In this document: positions 50,320 to 60,023 of the stretch, one piece after another | How the letters are laid out: the number at the start of each line of letters is the position of its first letter | Numbering within the stretch: position 1 is the first letter of the stretch | Virus record (IMG/VR): IMGVR_UViG_3300033752_000251 | DNA: 64,000 bases | Strand: one strand, 5' to 3' | Origin: an uncultured virus (IMG/VR IMGVR_UViG_3300033752_000251) | Taxonomy: Duplodnaviria > Heunggongvirae > Uroviricota > Caudoviricetes | Notes under the pieces: model-generated | The model's input: only the letters and a program-made list of their open reading frames with translations | What the model was told of the DNA's origin: nothing | Databases searched by the model: none | Translations under genes and position numbers: made by a program

Positions 50320-51837
50320 ATGAATAAGCAGGATTTTATAAGGGTTGATGAATGGGCTAAAGGAGCGAGTGAAAATGAGATCGTCTATAAGAATCCTAAA
50401 GACGAGATTGTTCGTTGTGACGGAAAGCTTCTGATTATTCCGTTTGATGAAATTTTCAAGAAGGGTAACAAAGGTTTTAACGTATTCGTAATCAAGAAAG
50501 ATTCGTATGTTAAACAGTTGCCCGAAATTGCTTTGTATATTAACTATTTCATCAAGTTTTACGATACGGATAATGAGCTGCTTATGGCTTACCTGATGCT
50601 CAAGCATCAAATCGACAACAAGAAAAAACGCATCAAAAGAAAAGTTTTCATCAAAATGCTTTACTCGGTATTGTTTACCGAATCGATGAAAGAGAAAATT
50701 AACCGTATGGTTGAGGATAATTATTATATCGACCTTAAGTCCAAAAACAACATCAAGTATGCGGAGACATTGGAATTCACCAATGAGCACGCAAAAATCA
50801 TGATGAAGATTTCAATGGGAATGAAACTCATGGTTCCGGTGTTGTTCCACTATATCAATAGGAATAACATCATCAAGGACAAAGAGACCCCATTGTTCAT
50901 CTTCTATGAACATCTGTTCTATATGTGGGACGACAAGGTTGATATCTATCTGAAACTTCGAATAACTGTAGAGTCGAAGATAAAACGGCACTATAGTAAT
51001 AACAGTGTCATATGGAATCAGCGGGAGATCATGGGTATGGACCCGCTTATCTATATGGACACATTGCTGAAAGAGAACATCATTTCCGAGACGATGGTGA
51101 AATATAGATTCCACAAAAACATCATCAGTTTCAACTCCGTTGTCTTGGATAAACAGCTTGGCTTCTTTTCAATAACACCATACAATTATACGATGAGAGA
51201 ATTGACCACAACGAAGGACTCAGAGGGTTTGAGCGGTATTGATAAGCTTGAAATGAACTCGGCCAAAATCGATGAGTCCTTGGTTATCTTGTCTTCTGTT
51301 AATATAAAGAAGACGATCAAAAAGATAAAAAAACGATTCGGTATCGATATCGACAAAGATGAGCTTAGATTCTACGAGCAACATCACAAGATCAACAAAT
51401 TTCAAGTTCAGCTCGTAGGTTACTTCTATGCGAAGTATTTCGGTGGGTATAGAGATATTAATCTCTTGACACGCTCTCAATATATCAAGCTCATGTTGAT
51501 ACTGAAAAAACGTCTCCAATATCAAGGATTCATCTATCTTCCTATGATCTTATCCGGAAACGTTGAAAAGCTTATCAAACGGACTATTCAGAATCAGAAG
51601 TTTCTGGAAAAGGTTCGTAACTCTCCGGTGTATCAATCTATTCTCCAAGAAAAATTCGGTATAGTAGTTGATGAGCTGAATAAAAACAACATTATCATAA
51701 ATCTACTCTCAATCCTTCTCAACTCTCATTTCACGATAGTGGATTATGATTATCCAGAAAAGCTTGGGAATAAGATTGAAATCAATACGCCGGATATCCT
51801 GTCTGATGAATTCTTGAACTTTTTAAATCAGATATAA
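50320..51837 (+). CDS. Putative non-virion RNAP promoter-specificity subunit (AR9 gp226/phiKZ gp68-like)
   Basis: ~500 aa, helical; early promoter identical to that of the beta subunit; two genes from the chaperonin as recalled for AR9 gp228/gp226; no diagnostic motif seen. Confidence 0.55.
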   Translation: MNKQDFIRVDEWAKGASENEIVYKNPKDEIVRCDGKLLIIPFDEIFKKGNKGFNVFVIKKDSYVKQLPEIALYINYFIKFYDTDNELLMAYLMLKHQIDNKKKRIKRKVFIKMLYSVLFTESMKEKINRMVEDNYYIDLKSKNNIKYAETLEFTNEHAKIMMKISMGMKLMVPVLFHYINRNNIIKDKETPLFIFYEHLFYMWDDKVDIYLKLRITVESKIKRHYSNNSVIWNQREIMGMDPLIYMDTLLKENIISETMVKYRFHKNIISFNSVVLDKQLGFFSITPYNYTMRELTTTKDSEGLSGIDKLEMNSAKIDESLVILSSVNIKKTIKKIKKRFGIDIDKDELRFYEQHHKINKFQVQLVGYFYAKYFGGYRDINLLTRSQYIKLMLILKKRLQYQGFIYLPMILSGNVEKLIKRTIQNQKFLEKVRNSPVYQSILQEKFGIVVDELNKNNIIINLLSILLNSHFTIVDYDYPEKLGNKIEINTPDILSDEFLNFLNQI

Positions 51838-51904
51838 CAGTAAGGAGAAAGACAGATATTCGACTGTCTTTCTCCTTATTTTTTTTATAATAAATAAGAG
51901 TGGG

Positions 51905-52144
51905 GTGATTAAAATTAGCAAGTGGTATGAAGATTCACCTAATTTCGATGTTGAAAAAATGATCGAGTATATTAGAAAAGAAGTGGACGAATTGCTCGAT
52001 GAATATAATGACTTCATGACCCTATATGAATTATTTGGTGATGAAGATTATAAAGAACTTGCGCTTTTTACAAAACAAACTTTCATGAGGAGGACTAAAC
52101 ACTTAGCATCATTACAGGAATATTTTGAATTGAAAAATAAATGA
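51905..52144 (+). CDS. Hypothetical protein
   Basis: 79-aa ORF. Confidence 0.6.
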   Translation: MIKISKWYEDSPNFDVEKMIEYIRKEVDELLDEYNDFMTLYELFGDEDYKELALFTKQTFMRRTKHLASLQEYFELKNK

Positions 52145-52171
52145 ATAGTAAAAGAAAGATGGTGATATATA

Positions 52172-52945
52172 ATGAATATTGATTCTACTTCAAATAGAAT
52201 TTTTCCAGAATGGTTTGAAGCAAATAAGATCCTAAATCAGATGGTCGACCAATTTTATGGACCTCATGCTTTTGAACTCCCATATAAACCAAATCGAATT
52301 TACATAACCTTGTTTGACATTAGTGCCTTCGATGAATTAACTGATCTAATTTCTGATGAGCACACAAATCAAATAAAAGCCATTATAGAATCATTCTCTG
52401 AAAAAGTATTTATTGACGCCAATATCGATATAAAAAAGTTAGAAGAAAGATATTCTTATTCTTTTATAGATGAACAGATAAAGAGGGAACTATACAATTA
52501 CATCAATCTGCGTCTAAAACAAGCTGAAACTATTTATAAGTATCAATACCGAGACATTTTGAAAGGTTGTCTGGGTATTAACCCTTATTACTTAAACACA
52601 CCACATAAATTCAAAAATATATCTTTCAAAGCTTTTGATCAAAAAATGAAAAGTGTAACAACAAATCTTGACTCTATTATCGATAAATATGGAAAAGAGA
52701 TTGGTCAATGGTTGTTTAACGTACTCAGTAATACGATTAAAGTTGTCACAGAAAATAGGGTACAAACCGTCACACATCATCGAATTTATGAACTCGGTAA
52801 TGAAGAAGATAAGTTCATATATGAACGAATTGCTGAGGAAGCAAGAGATGATGAAACTGTGGTATATGAAATAGGTGTAGTTCATCCGTCAACAGGAAGA
52901 TACTTCATGCTCGGTTTCAATTATAAAAAGGAGGGGAGAACCTAA
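52172..52945 (+). CDS. Hypothetical protein
   Basis: 257-aa ORF. Confidence 0.75.
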   Translation: MNIDSTSNRIFPEWFEANKILNQMVDQFYGPHAFELPYKPNRIYITLFDISAFDELTDLISDEHTNQIKAIIESFSEKVFIDANIDIKKLEERYSYSFIDEQIKRELYNYINLRLKQAETIYKYQYRDILKGCLGINPYYLNTPHKFKNISFKAFDQKMKSVTTNLDSIIDKYGKEIGQWLFNVLSNTIKVVTENRVQTVTHHRIYELGNEEDKFIYERIAEEARDDETVVYEIGVVHPSTGRYFMLGFNYKKEGRT

Positions 52946-53043
52946 ATAGTTCTCCCCTCTATTTTTTTTAGTTTATATATTATTAAATCGAAACCTAGAT
53001 TTATATAAACGGATCAACAAATATGAGATAGGTGGTGATAATA

Positions 53044-54087
53044 ATGAATAACAGAGAATTTAAACTTCGTCTGTATAATAAACTTTCTGAACTTGATGTT
53101 TTCTATCCAAAAGGAACTGAGGTTGCAATAAGATGTCCTTTTTGTGGGGACAGTCAGAAAAATGAAAGAAGTGCTCACTTTTATATACGAATAAATCTAA
53201 TGGATGATGAACCAGTATTGTTCAATTGCTTCAGAGCTGATTGTGGGATGTCGGGAATACTGACCCCCTCGATCCTCAGAACTCTGAAAATTAATGATTT
53301 ACAACTTAACAGCAATCTCATCTCTTATAACAAAAAAGCTATGAAGTCAGTTAACAAGCAATTCGGTATTAAAGACAACAATTTTGATCTTGAAGTGCCG
53401 GATGTTGATGTAAATAATAAATTGAATATTTTAAAGAGAGATTATATTAACAATCGGCTCGGGACAGATTTCTCTTTCGGTGAGTTAACTAAAATGAAAG
53501 TTATATTTAATTTTCCCCAGTTTCTTAGACATAATGGGATAGAAAAGTTGACTGTTTCTAAAGAGAAAGCATTATTACTTCATGAAAACTATGTTGGGTT
53601 CTTGACAACTAGAAACGAATTTATAAACTTTAGAAATATATTTGACAATAAACTCAGAAGATATGAAAAATATTCGATTTACCAAAATATAGACAACACT
53701 AGAAAATTCTATACAATTCCGAACGAAATCGATCTTCTTTCAAATAAAGCCATTTATTTGAATGTGGCGGAAGGTATATTTGACATCCTCGGAATATACA
53801 GTCACATATTTAACGGGGAAAAAGAAAATATGATTTATGCCGCAGTAAATGGTGCGGCTTTCACAAATGTTATAAAGTACTTTATTCAGATGGGCGTTGT
53901 AGGAAATGTGGTAGTAAATATATTTTCAGATAGTAATGTCAGTCCTAGGATTTATAGAAAAATGATTGATGAACTTAAGGTATGGGTTTCTGAATTCAAT
54001 GTATTTTATAACGAAATATTTGTAAATGGTAAAGCTGACTATGGAGTTCCTGCTAATAAAATAAAAATAAAGAGGGTGCGGATATGA
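53044..54087 (+). CDS. DNA primase (T4 gp61-like)
   Basis: Zn finger RCPFCGDS...NCFRADC, TOPRIM VAEGIFD and FSDS; early motif at 52976. Confidence 0.88.
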   Translation: MNNREFKLRLYNKLSELDVFYPKGTEVAIRCPFCGDSQKNERSAHFYIRINLMDDEPVLFNCFRADCGMSGILTPSILRTLKINDLQLNSNLISYNKKAMKSVNKQFGIKDNNFDLEVPDVDVNNKLNILKRDYINNRLGTDFSFGELTKMKVIFNFPQFLRHNGIEKLTVSKEKALLLHENYVGFLTTRNEFINFRNIFDNKLRRYEKYSIYQNIDNTRKFYTIPNEIDLLSNKAIYLNVAEGIFDILGIYSHIFNGEKENMIYAAVNGAAFTNVIKYFIQMGVVGNVVVNIFSDSNVSPRIYRKMIDELKVWVSEFNVFYNEIFVNGKADYGVPANKIKIKRVRI

Positions 54088-54530
54088 TTATCTTTAATTA
54101 CAGACTGTTTAATGCTTTGGATAATTTTAAAAAATTTTATACACATTTATTTTCTGACAAAAATAATCGAAGAAAAAGGTTTAGTAACTTTAAAGGAAAT
54201 GAAGAAATTAAATATCTCTGCTTTACCGGGTAAAATTTATGATAAAATGCGTACATTTGATAGCAATTATCGTCCAGCATTTCATTTTTCTAAAATAGTT
54301 TTAGTAGAAAAATCTTGTTTTAGTGCCATATAATGCCGCTGTAAGCGATAAATATAAATATTACAATGGAGTTATCGTTTACATTCGTATTGAAGATGAG
54401 TGTATATTAGTTAGAGATTCACGTTATAAGTTTTTTAGACCATTTTATTGGAAAATGAAAGGTCCATGGGTTGATGATTAATATAAACTGGGTAATAAAT
54501 TAATAAAAGAAATGAGTGAAAAAATAAAGT
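54084..54530 (+). pseudogene. Decayed gene remnant
   Basis: Protein-like stretches (MIIFNYRLF..., YNGVIVYIRIEDECILVRDS...GPWVDD*) broken by frame changes and a stop. Confidence 0.4.
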
Positions 54531-54648
54531 ACAGTCATCATAGTGACTGTACTTTATTTTTTTTTTATTTTTGTGCAATGATTCCATGGAAAATATTAAA
54601 GGGGAACAAGTATATAATTAAGTGTAAAATCTGTGAGGTGAGGTTATA

Positions 54649-55857
54649 ATGGCTTTTCTCTTAGATGAGAGAAAGTTTATAAATGACAGTGTCTTCATGA
54701 TGGAAGATAGACTAAATTCACAATACTCAAGATTTCTAGATAAAACTCCTACGTTTACAACATACTACAATGTTAACAATATCGAAAGCACCGCCGATAG
54801 TGGTTTCCAATCAGTAGAAAGGGTTATTGGGGCCGATTCACCTATTCGATACAATAAGGTTACAAATTTCCCTATTTACGGAATAGAGCAAATAATTCTT
54901 GATTTACAAGATGAAGATCAAGGTCTTGACAGTGAATATGACGGAGAAGGTATTATTCTCCCTAATACAGTTAAACCCCTCCCTTATGATTTTTTTATCA
55001 TCGATTATCTTGGTAAACAATATCTTTTCCAAGTAACGACTATTTCATATGACACTATCAAGAGTAACAATTTTTATAGAATTGGTTTTAAGATAAAATA
55101 TACAGATAATGATAAAAATGAAATCGAAAAACAAGTAACTGATAAATATAATTGTATTTTTACTAACATTGGGACAGCGGAAAAGTGCCTCATCAAAGAA
55201 GAAGATGTCTCTCGTCTTATAGAATTGAATAAAGTCTATACTTTAATCGCTGAACGATACAAAATTTTCTTCTATAATAAAAAATATAACGCTTTCTTAT
55301 TTAATGAAGCTGAAGCAGGTAAACTCACGTATAATTTACTTTATGACAGATATCAATCGGAATTTATTAACAGCAATGAACTCTTTAGAGAGAAGAATAA
55401 TTATATGACTTGCTATCTAACGGCTGAACGGAAAGACCATAGATTCCTTATTGAATATAATGATAGTATTTATAAAGCATTGGAAATGGGTAAAATAGAT
55501 TATAACAAAAAATATATGTATCGTATAGATTATATTAATAATCCTACCTCAATTTTCTCAGTCTATCGTGAGCATAGAGCTCGTGATATAGTGCTAGGTA
55601 GAGGGGATAATTTCTATGTTCCATATGAATTAATCACGAAAATTGCAAAGAATGAAATCGTGGATGATGATAATATTGTATGGGAACTCATCATTAAATA
55701 CTTCAACAAAGGAATTGATTCCGTTTATACAATTGATATAGATAAATTACGAGACTATAATACTTATATGGATTATAACTTTGAAACTTTCATACTACTT
55801 CCCATCGTATTATTCATTATTAAGAAAAAATATGCTGAATTTATGGGAACTAATTGA
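54649..55857 (+). CDS. Putative virion structural protein
   Basis: Late promoter at 54605-54616, 402 aa. Confidence 0.65.
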   Translation: MAFLLDERKFINDSVFMMEDRLNSQYSRFLDKTPTFTTYYNVNNIESTADSGFQSVERVIGADSPIRYNKVTNFPIYGIEQIILDLQDEDQGLDSEYDGEGIILPNTVKPLPYDFFIIDYLGKQYLFQVTTISYDTIKSNNFYRIGFKIKYTDNDKNEIEKQVTDKYNCIFTNIGTAEKCLIKEEDVSRLIELNKVYTLIAERYKIFFYNKKYNAFLFNEAEAGKLTYNLLYDRYQSEFINSNELFREKNNYMTCYLTAERKDHRFLIEYNDSIYKALEMGKIDYNKKYMYRIDYINNPTSIFSVYREHRARDIVLGRGDNFYVPYELITKIAKNEIVDDDNIVWELIIKYFNKGIDSVYTIDIDKLRDYNTYMDYNFETFILLPIVLFIIKKKYAEFMGTN

Positions 55858-55908
55858 ATTATCGAAACATTACCATAAAAAGATTTAGGAGAAAGGTGGA
55901 ATAAAGCA

Positions 55909-56178
55909 ATGCTTATCGGTCTGAAAAAGGCTATTAACGAACATCGGCAGGCTGAGCTCTTTAATGACGTTCTGCTGGAAAATTCTGCAGACCAAATTAA
56001 GAGTATGTTTTTGGACGATCCGGATGTTGTAACCATTGGTGCTGAAAACGATCCGGAAATTAAGTCGCTTGTCAATGATCTCCCTGAATATGGGGGCGAA
56101 GAAGAAGAGATCGAAGATGAAATCAAGTCTGTTTCTGAAAGTTTGACTGAGACGTCATTGGTAAAAGATAATAACTAA
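55909..56178 (+). CDS. Small acidic late protein, paralog 1
   Basis: Late promoter at 55866-55877; shares GLKKA...FLDD...IGAENDPEIK.LV...PEY with the next gene. Confidence 0.75.
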   Translation: MLIGLKKAINEHRQAELFNDVLLENSADQIKSMFLDDPDVVTIGAENDPEIKSLVNDLPEYGGEEEEIEDEIKSVSESLTETSLVKDNN

Positions 56179-56254
56179 TCAAACTAATTTATCTCGTATA
56201 TTAATTAAACAAATCCTTAATCTTTATGTCTACCTGAAAGGAGGTTGGGGTAAT

Positions 56255-56719
56255 TTGATTGAAGGATTGAAGAAAGCCTTGCGTTCTGAAGAGAATGAAA
56301 ATTTTCTCTTTGATGCTATTCTTGAAAATGCAAGCGAGGCTTCTGATGAAGTCCGTGATGCATTTCTCGATGATATTGACTATGTTGTAATCGGTGCTGA
56401 AAATGATCCTGAAATCAAAGCACTCGTAGAGACTATTCCCGAGTATAGTGGCTCTGAAGTCGAGGAAGCAGAGGTTGAGCAAGAGATTTCTACCCTTGTA
56501 GAAAATCTTGCTGCTACAGTAACGAAGCTCTCACCTCAACATATTGAAGAGCTGAAGCGGGAAATTAACAAACTCAAGGCAAAAAATGAACGTCTTCGTG
56601 GAGAATTAGAATTCTTCCGTAAACGTGGTAACACTATGCAGTCCATGCGTTGTCAGCGAGAGATTGAAGAAAACGAGCGACGGATCAATCGCATCGAAGA
56701 AGACATCCGTAATAACTAA
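56255..56719 (+). CDS. Late protein, paralog 2, with C-terminal coiled-coil extension
   Basis: Late promoter at 56208-56219; GGAGGT RBS, TTG start. Confidence 0.75.
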   Translation: MIEGLKKALRSEENENFLFDAILENASEASDEVRDAFLDDIDYVVIGAENDPEIKALVETIPEYSGSEVEEAEVEQEISTLVENLAATVTKLSPQHIEELKREINKLKAKNERLRGELEFFRKRGNTMQSMRCQREIEENERRINRIEEDIRNN

Positions 56720-56737
56720 TATGAAAGGGTGGAACAA

Positions 56738-57193
56738 ATGAAACCAACGAAACGTATTCATATTCCATATAATGGTCCCATTTATGCCAAACAAGGCGTC
56801 TATGGACCTATTGTCACTCCTTACAAGGAAGATCTTGATGTGATCCAACAAATGCTGGTTGCAGGAATCCCTGTGTACGAAGTTGTTGACGGAAGAGAAA
56901 TTAAACTTACCCTTAGTAACTTCAAGCAAGATTTTACTAAGCAAGAACAAGAAGAAAAAGTTACCGTTGACAAAAACCCCAAAATTCCTGTACCCTCTGA
57001 TTTTACCAAGGTTGAGGATACTGAAGTTGACAAAAAACCTGAAGAAAGTGAAGAAAATAATAAGGTAGAGGGAAATGAACCTTCCTCGGAAGAAAATAAA
57101 CAACAAGAAAAAAATAACTCCAATAAGAATAATGCAAATGCACGAAATCAAGAAAAAAAAGATATTAAGCCGGATAAGGTTACTAAGAAATAA
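56738..57193 (+). CDS. Hypothetical protein with low-complexity tail
   Basis: ~151-aa ORF ending at a terminator. Confidence 0.7.
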   Translation: MKPTKRIHIPYNGPIYAKQGVYGPIVTPYKEDLDVIQQMLVAGIPVYEVVDGREIKLTLSNFKQDFTKQEQEEKVTVDKNPKIPVPSDFTKVEDTEVDKKPEESEENNKVEGNEPSSEENKQQEKNNSNKNNANARNQEKKDIKPDKVTKK

Positions 57194-57250
57194 GAAAATA
57201 TCCCATAGGGGGAAGACCCCCTATGGGATATTTCGACGACCAAACTTTAA

Positions 57251-57325
57251 TCAAGCCGGTCTACCAACGGTCTCGCCCTCATAGGGACCGCTTCTCAGAA
57301 TCCTGTCCGTGAGTGTAATTCTCAT
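57251..57325 (-). CDS. 24-aa micro-ORF MRITLTDRILRSGPYEGETVGRPA
   Basis: GGGAGGT RBS 5 nt before ATG; early-like TACATTAT at 57372-57379; terminators on both sides. Confidence 0.5.
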   Translation of the reverse strand: MRITLTDRILRSGPYEGETVGRPA

Positions 57326-57468
57326 ACGGCACCTCCCGCGTTATTGGTTTTTATTTCTTATACTCGTGTCTATAATGTATATTTAATAACCAATAAAATA
57401 CGAAAAAAGATAATAGACTATAAATGCTTTATGCATATAGTCTATTATCTTTTTTTATTTTGGTTCTA

Positions 57469-59049
57469 TCATTTTTCAAATTTAGTAAGCATGTAAAGCG
57501 TCTGAATACCTTCGTTGGTCGTTTTACGCATATTCTGTCCGTAGATATTCAAGATGTGATGTTTCCCCATCATTATCTCTTCAGCCTCTCTATTAGCTTC
57601 CTGCGAATAAAGACCTTTTACTGTAACCTGGTCCCCATCGTAGTCCCCACCGAGACCATGAAGGAAAAGATTTGACATTGTTATGGTATCGACGAAATAT
57701 ACAGATACTTTATCTTTGGGCATTTTGATATCAACATTGGGATAATTTTTATAGAGTTTAGAACCAACATACATAGGCACCGTATCATGCGTGCTAAGTA
57801 CTGTAACTTTCGAAGGGAACATTCCGAAATAGTCGAGTACGGGATATCGTGTGATATATACCATTTTATTAGATGTAACATCAACTGCAGCTTGGAACAA
57901 TACGTCACACCATGTTGCGGGACGATCAACAAGAGGTGATTCTTCTTCAGGTACACCTTGTTTGAAGAAACGTCCTGCAAAACTCATATAGACGCCATCT
58001 TTGAACTCAGGATCATCTACAGGAAGCATGATGGGTTCGAATCTGTCCCCATAGCTGAAAATAAATTTGTCGATTTGTTTCTTTATATATTCTTCGTTGA
58101 AATAAAGCTCAGGATCTTTTAAATGCACATACTTGATTTCTCCGTTTTTCTTCATCACAGGGTATCTATTACCAAGTCTCTCAATCTCCCGCTGGAAGAA
58201 CCTTTTCACCCATGCCACAATAAATGGAGTGAACAAGGAACAACATTGGGCCAGAGGAATACCACAATGGTAGAAATCCACCATCATGTCCTCAGGTCTT
58301 TCTGCTTTAAATACAGGAGCAGAAATAACTGAGCGAGCACCGTAGTCAATTGATTTACCGAGAAGAGATTTCTTTATAAGACCATGCTTTTTCTCAATTC
58401 TAGATTTCAAGAGATCATAAATTTCTACTAAGGTCATTTGAATTTTTGCTCTTACACCATTAAGCTCAAATTCAAAACTGTTTCCGTTTTTGAGAATTGA
58501 TGCATTGCGAATCAGTTTCGAGTATTTGTCGTTGATCTCATGGTGGGAGATCTTACCCACCTGGGAAGACTGAAGATTAACATCCCGATAAAATGCGGGA
58601 ATAACGATACATGTGGTCGTAAAAATTGTGTCTTTCTTATATGCGTTCAAAACGTCGATACGCTCATTACGCATCATACTGTTATTTTTCTCAAAATTTA
58701 ATTCATCCCATACTTTATAGAGAAATTCTAAGCCAGTGTCTCCATTTTCTTCATCTACAACAAGATTACCCTTTTCGACTTTGAAGCGTTTCGTACCGTG
58801 AACAATATGCTCAAAGTTTCTATTCATTCTTCTGAGAAGTTTGTAGATGAAAGGTTGAAGGAAATGACCACCGAGGTCAATAAAACCCCAGTTTTCTTGT
58901 CTTTCTTTTACAGATACACCGAAAATTTCAGTAGACAACAAACCCTTTGCTGTTGGAATATTACCCTTCTCAAAGAGAATGGGATCAGATACTTCTTTTA
59001 AGCGGTTTATAACTATAAATTCTTTAGTTGGAATTAAATCTATCTTCAT
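57469..59049 (-). CDS. RNA polymerase beta' subunit, N-terminal half with catalytic loop (probably virion RNAP)
   Basis: GLLSTEIFG, VIPAFYRD, LLGKSIDYGARSVIS, ITRYP, GGDYDGD (NADFDGD equivalent); lies in the structural operon. Confidence 0.9.
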   Translation of the reverse strand: MKIDLIPTKEFIVINRLKEVSDPILFEKGNIPTAKGLLSTEIFGVSVKERQENWGFIDLGGHFLQPFIYKLLRRMNRNFEHIVHGTKRFKVEKGNLVVDEENGDTGLEFLYKVWDELNFEKNNSMMRNERIDVLNAYKKDTIFTTTCIVIPAFYRDVNLQSSQVGKISHHEINDKYSKLIRNASILKNGNSFEFELNGVRAKIQMTLVEIYDLLKSRIEKKHGLIKKSLLGKSIDYGARSVISAPVFKAERPEDMMVDFYHCGIPLAQCCSLFTPFIVAWVKRFFQREIERLGNRYPVMKKNGEIKYVHLKDPELYFNEEYIKKQIDKFIFSYGDRFEPIMLPVDDPEFKDGVYMSFAGRFFKQGVPEEESPLVDRPATWCDVLFQAAVDVTSNKMVYITRYPVLDYFGMFPSKVTVLSTHDTVPMYVGSKLYKNYPNVDIKMPKDKVSVYFVDTITMSNLFLHGLGGDYDGDQVTVKGLYSQEANREAEEIMMGKHHILNIYGQNMRKTTNEGIQTLYMLTKFEK

Positions 59050-59416
59050 AAATATCCTCCTCACTACAGATGTTTTTGTTCTCTATAGTGATGTAGAGGG
59101 ATTTTTTATCGACTTTAATATCGACTGAAAAATACTTTGCAGGATAACCTTTAAAGGTTTTTGCAATATTAGAAAATTCCTTATTAAATTCTCTGAGATT
59201 TTTATTACTTTCGAAGTCGATTCTAAATTCAATTGCTCCCGGACTGTCAGAATTAGAACAGCGTATCTTATTAACTCCTTCAAGGGAAATATTTTCCATC
59301 AAACGATAGAAATATTTAAATTTTTCGTAGTGCGAATCCAAAACTTTTTCGAATAGTGAATAATCAGCTAACTCATCGTGAGTTAGCTGATTGAAAAGTG
59401 TAATTACATCAAGCAT
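59024..59416 (-). CDS. Hypothetical protein
   Basis: GGAGGGAGG RBS before ATG 59416. Confidence 0.7.
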   Translation of the reverse strand: MLDVITLFNQLTHDELADYSLFEKVLDSHYEKFKYFYRLMENISLEGVNKIRCSNSDSPGAIEFRIDFESNKNLREFNKEFSNIAKTFKGYPAKYFSVDIKVDKKSLYITIENKNICSEEDIYEDRFNSN

Positions 59417-59708
59417 GATGCCCTCCCTCCTCCAGAGAAGAAGCCAATGTATCATTCTCCTCCGGATTTTCAATCGAAGCCTGTTGGGAGGGTCTTACTT
59501 GTTTGGACATATATTCTTTACCATAGTGTAATAAATGATTCAAGATCTCATAGAACTCGTAATCTTCCATTGCTTTTACTTCAGTATAGGTGAGATAACC
59601 TCCAGATAATTTCACAAGCCAGAAATGGTTAACCGGAGTTCTCACAATATTGGTCGAAATAAGCGTATGAGTACTATCTGCGGAAGAATCAACAGAGGTT
59701 CTCGCCAT
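59409..59708 (-). CDS. Hypothetical small protein in the baseplate/tail operon
   Basis: AAAGGGG RBS, 99 aa. Confidence 0.6.
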   Translation of the reverse strand: MARTSVDSSADSTHTLISTNIVRTPVNHFWLVKLSGGYLTYTEVKAMEDYEFYEILNHLLHYGKEYMSKQVRPSQQASIENPEENDTLASSLEEGGHHA

Positions 59709-59756
59709 TTCTCTTTACCCCTTTCAAAAGCTTTCAGTATCGACAGGAAGGGGTGC

Positions 59757-60023
59757 TCACCGTCTGGCGATGTAAATTTTGTTGCGCGCAGCTTCAGCTT
59801 GCTGTCTAGCAGCCTCTTCTTTGCGCTCTTTTTCCAATTCCTCTCTCTCCTTTTTGAGACGTTCAATCCTCACATCTCGGAGAAGGAGAGCTTCCCTATA
59901 GGGAAGCTCATGCTTCACCTGATCAAGACTGATTTGTCCCTTGAAGAGTTCAAGGAATTCGTCGTAAAACTGATAGTACTGTTTTACTCGATTTCTGTAT
60001 TCATCGCCTGTCGATACCGGTAA
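59757..60023 (-). CDS. -1 frame extension (88 aa) of the tail/baseplate assembly chaperone
   Basis: Start-less open frame entered at CTT TTT TAC; fills the gap between the neighbouring genes. Confidence 0.65.
   Translation of the reverse strand, partial: LPVSTGDEYRNRVKQYYQFYDEFLELFKGQISLDQVKHELPYREALLLRDVRIERLKKEREELEKERKEEAARQQAEAARNKIYIARR

Noticed and set aside
1231..59049. Group I introns or inteins in the RNAP, polymerase, terminase or helicase genes
   Set aside because: ORFs are continuous and of expected size; no splice-junction or homing-endonuclease motifs noticed
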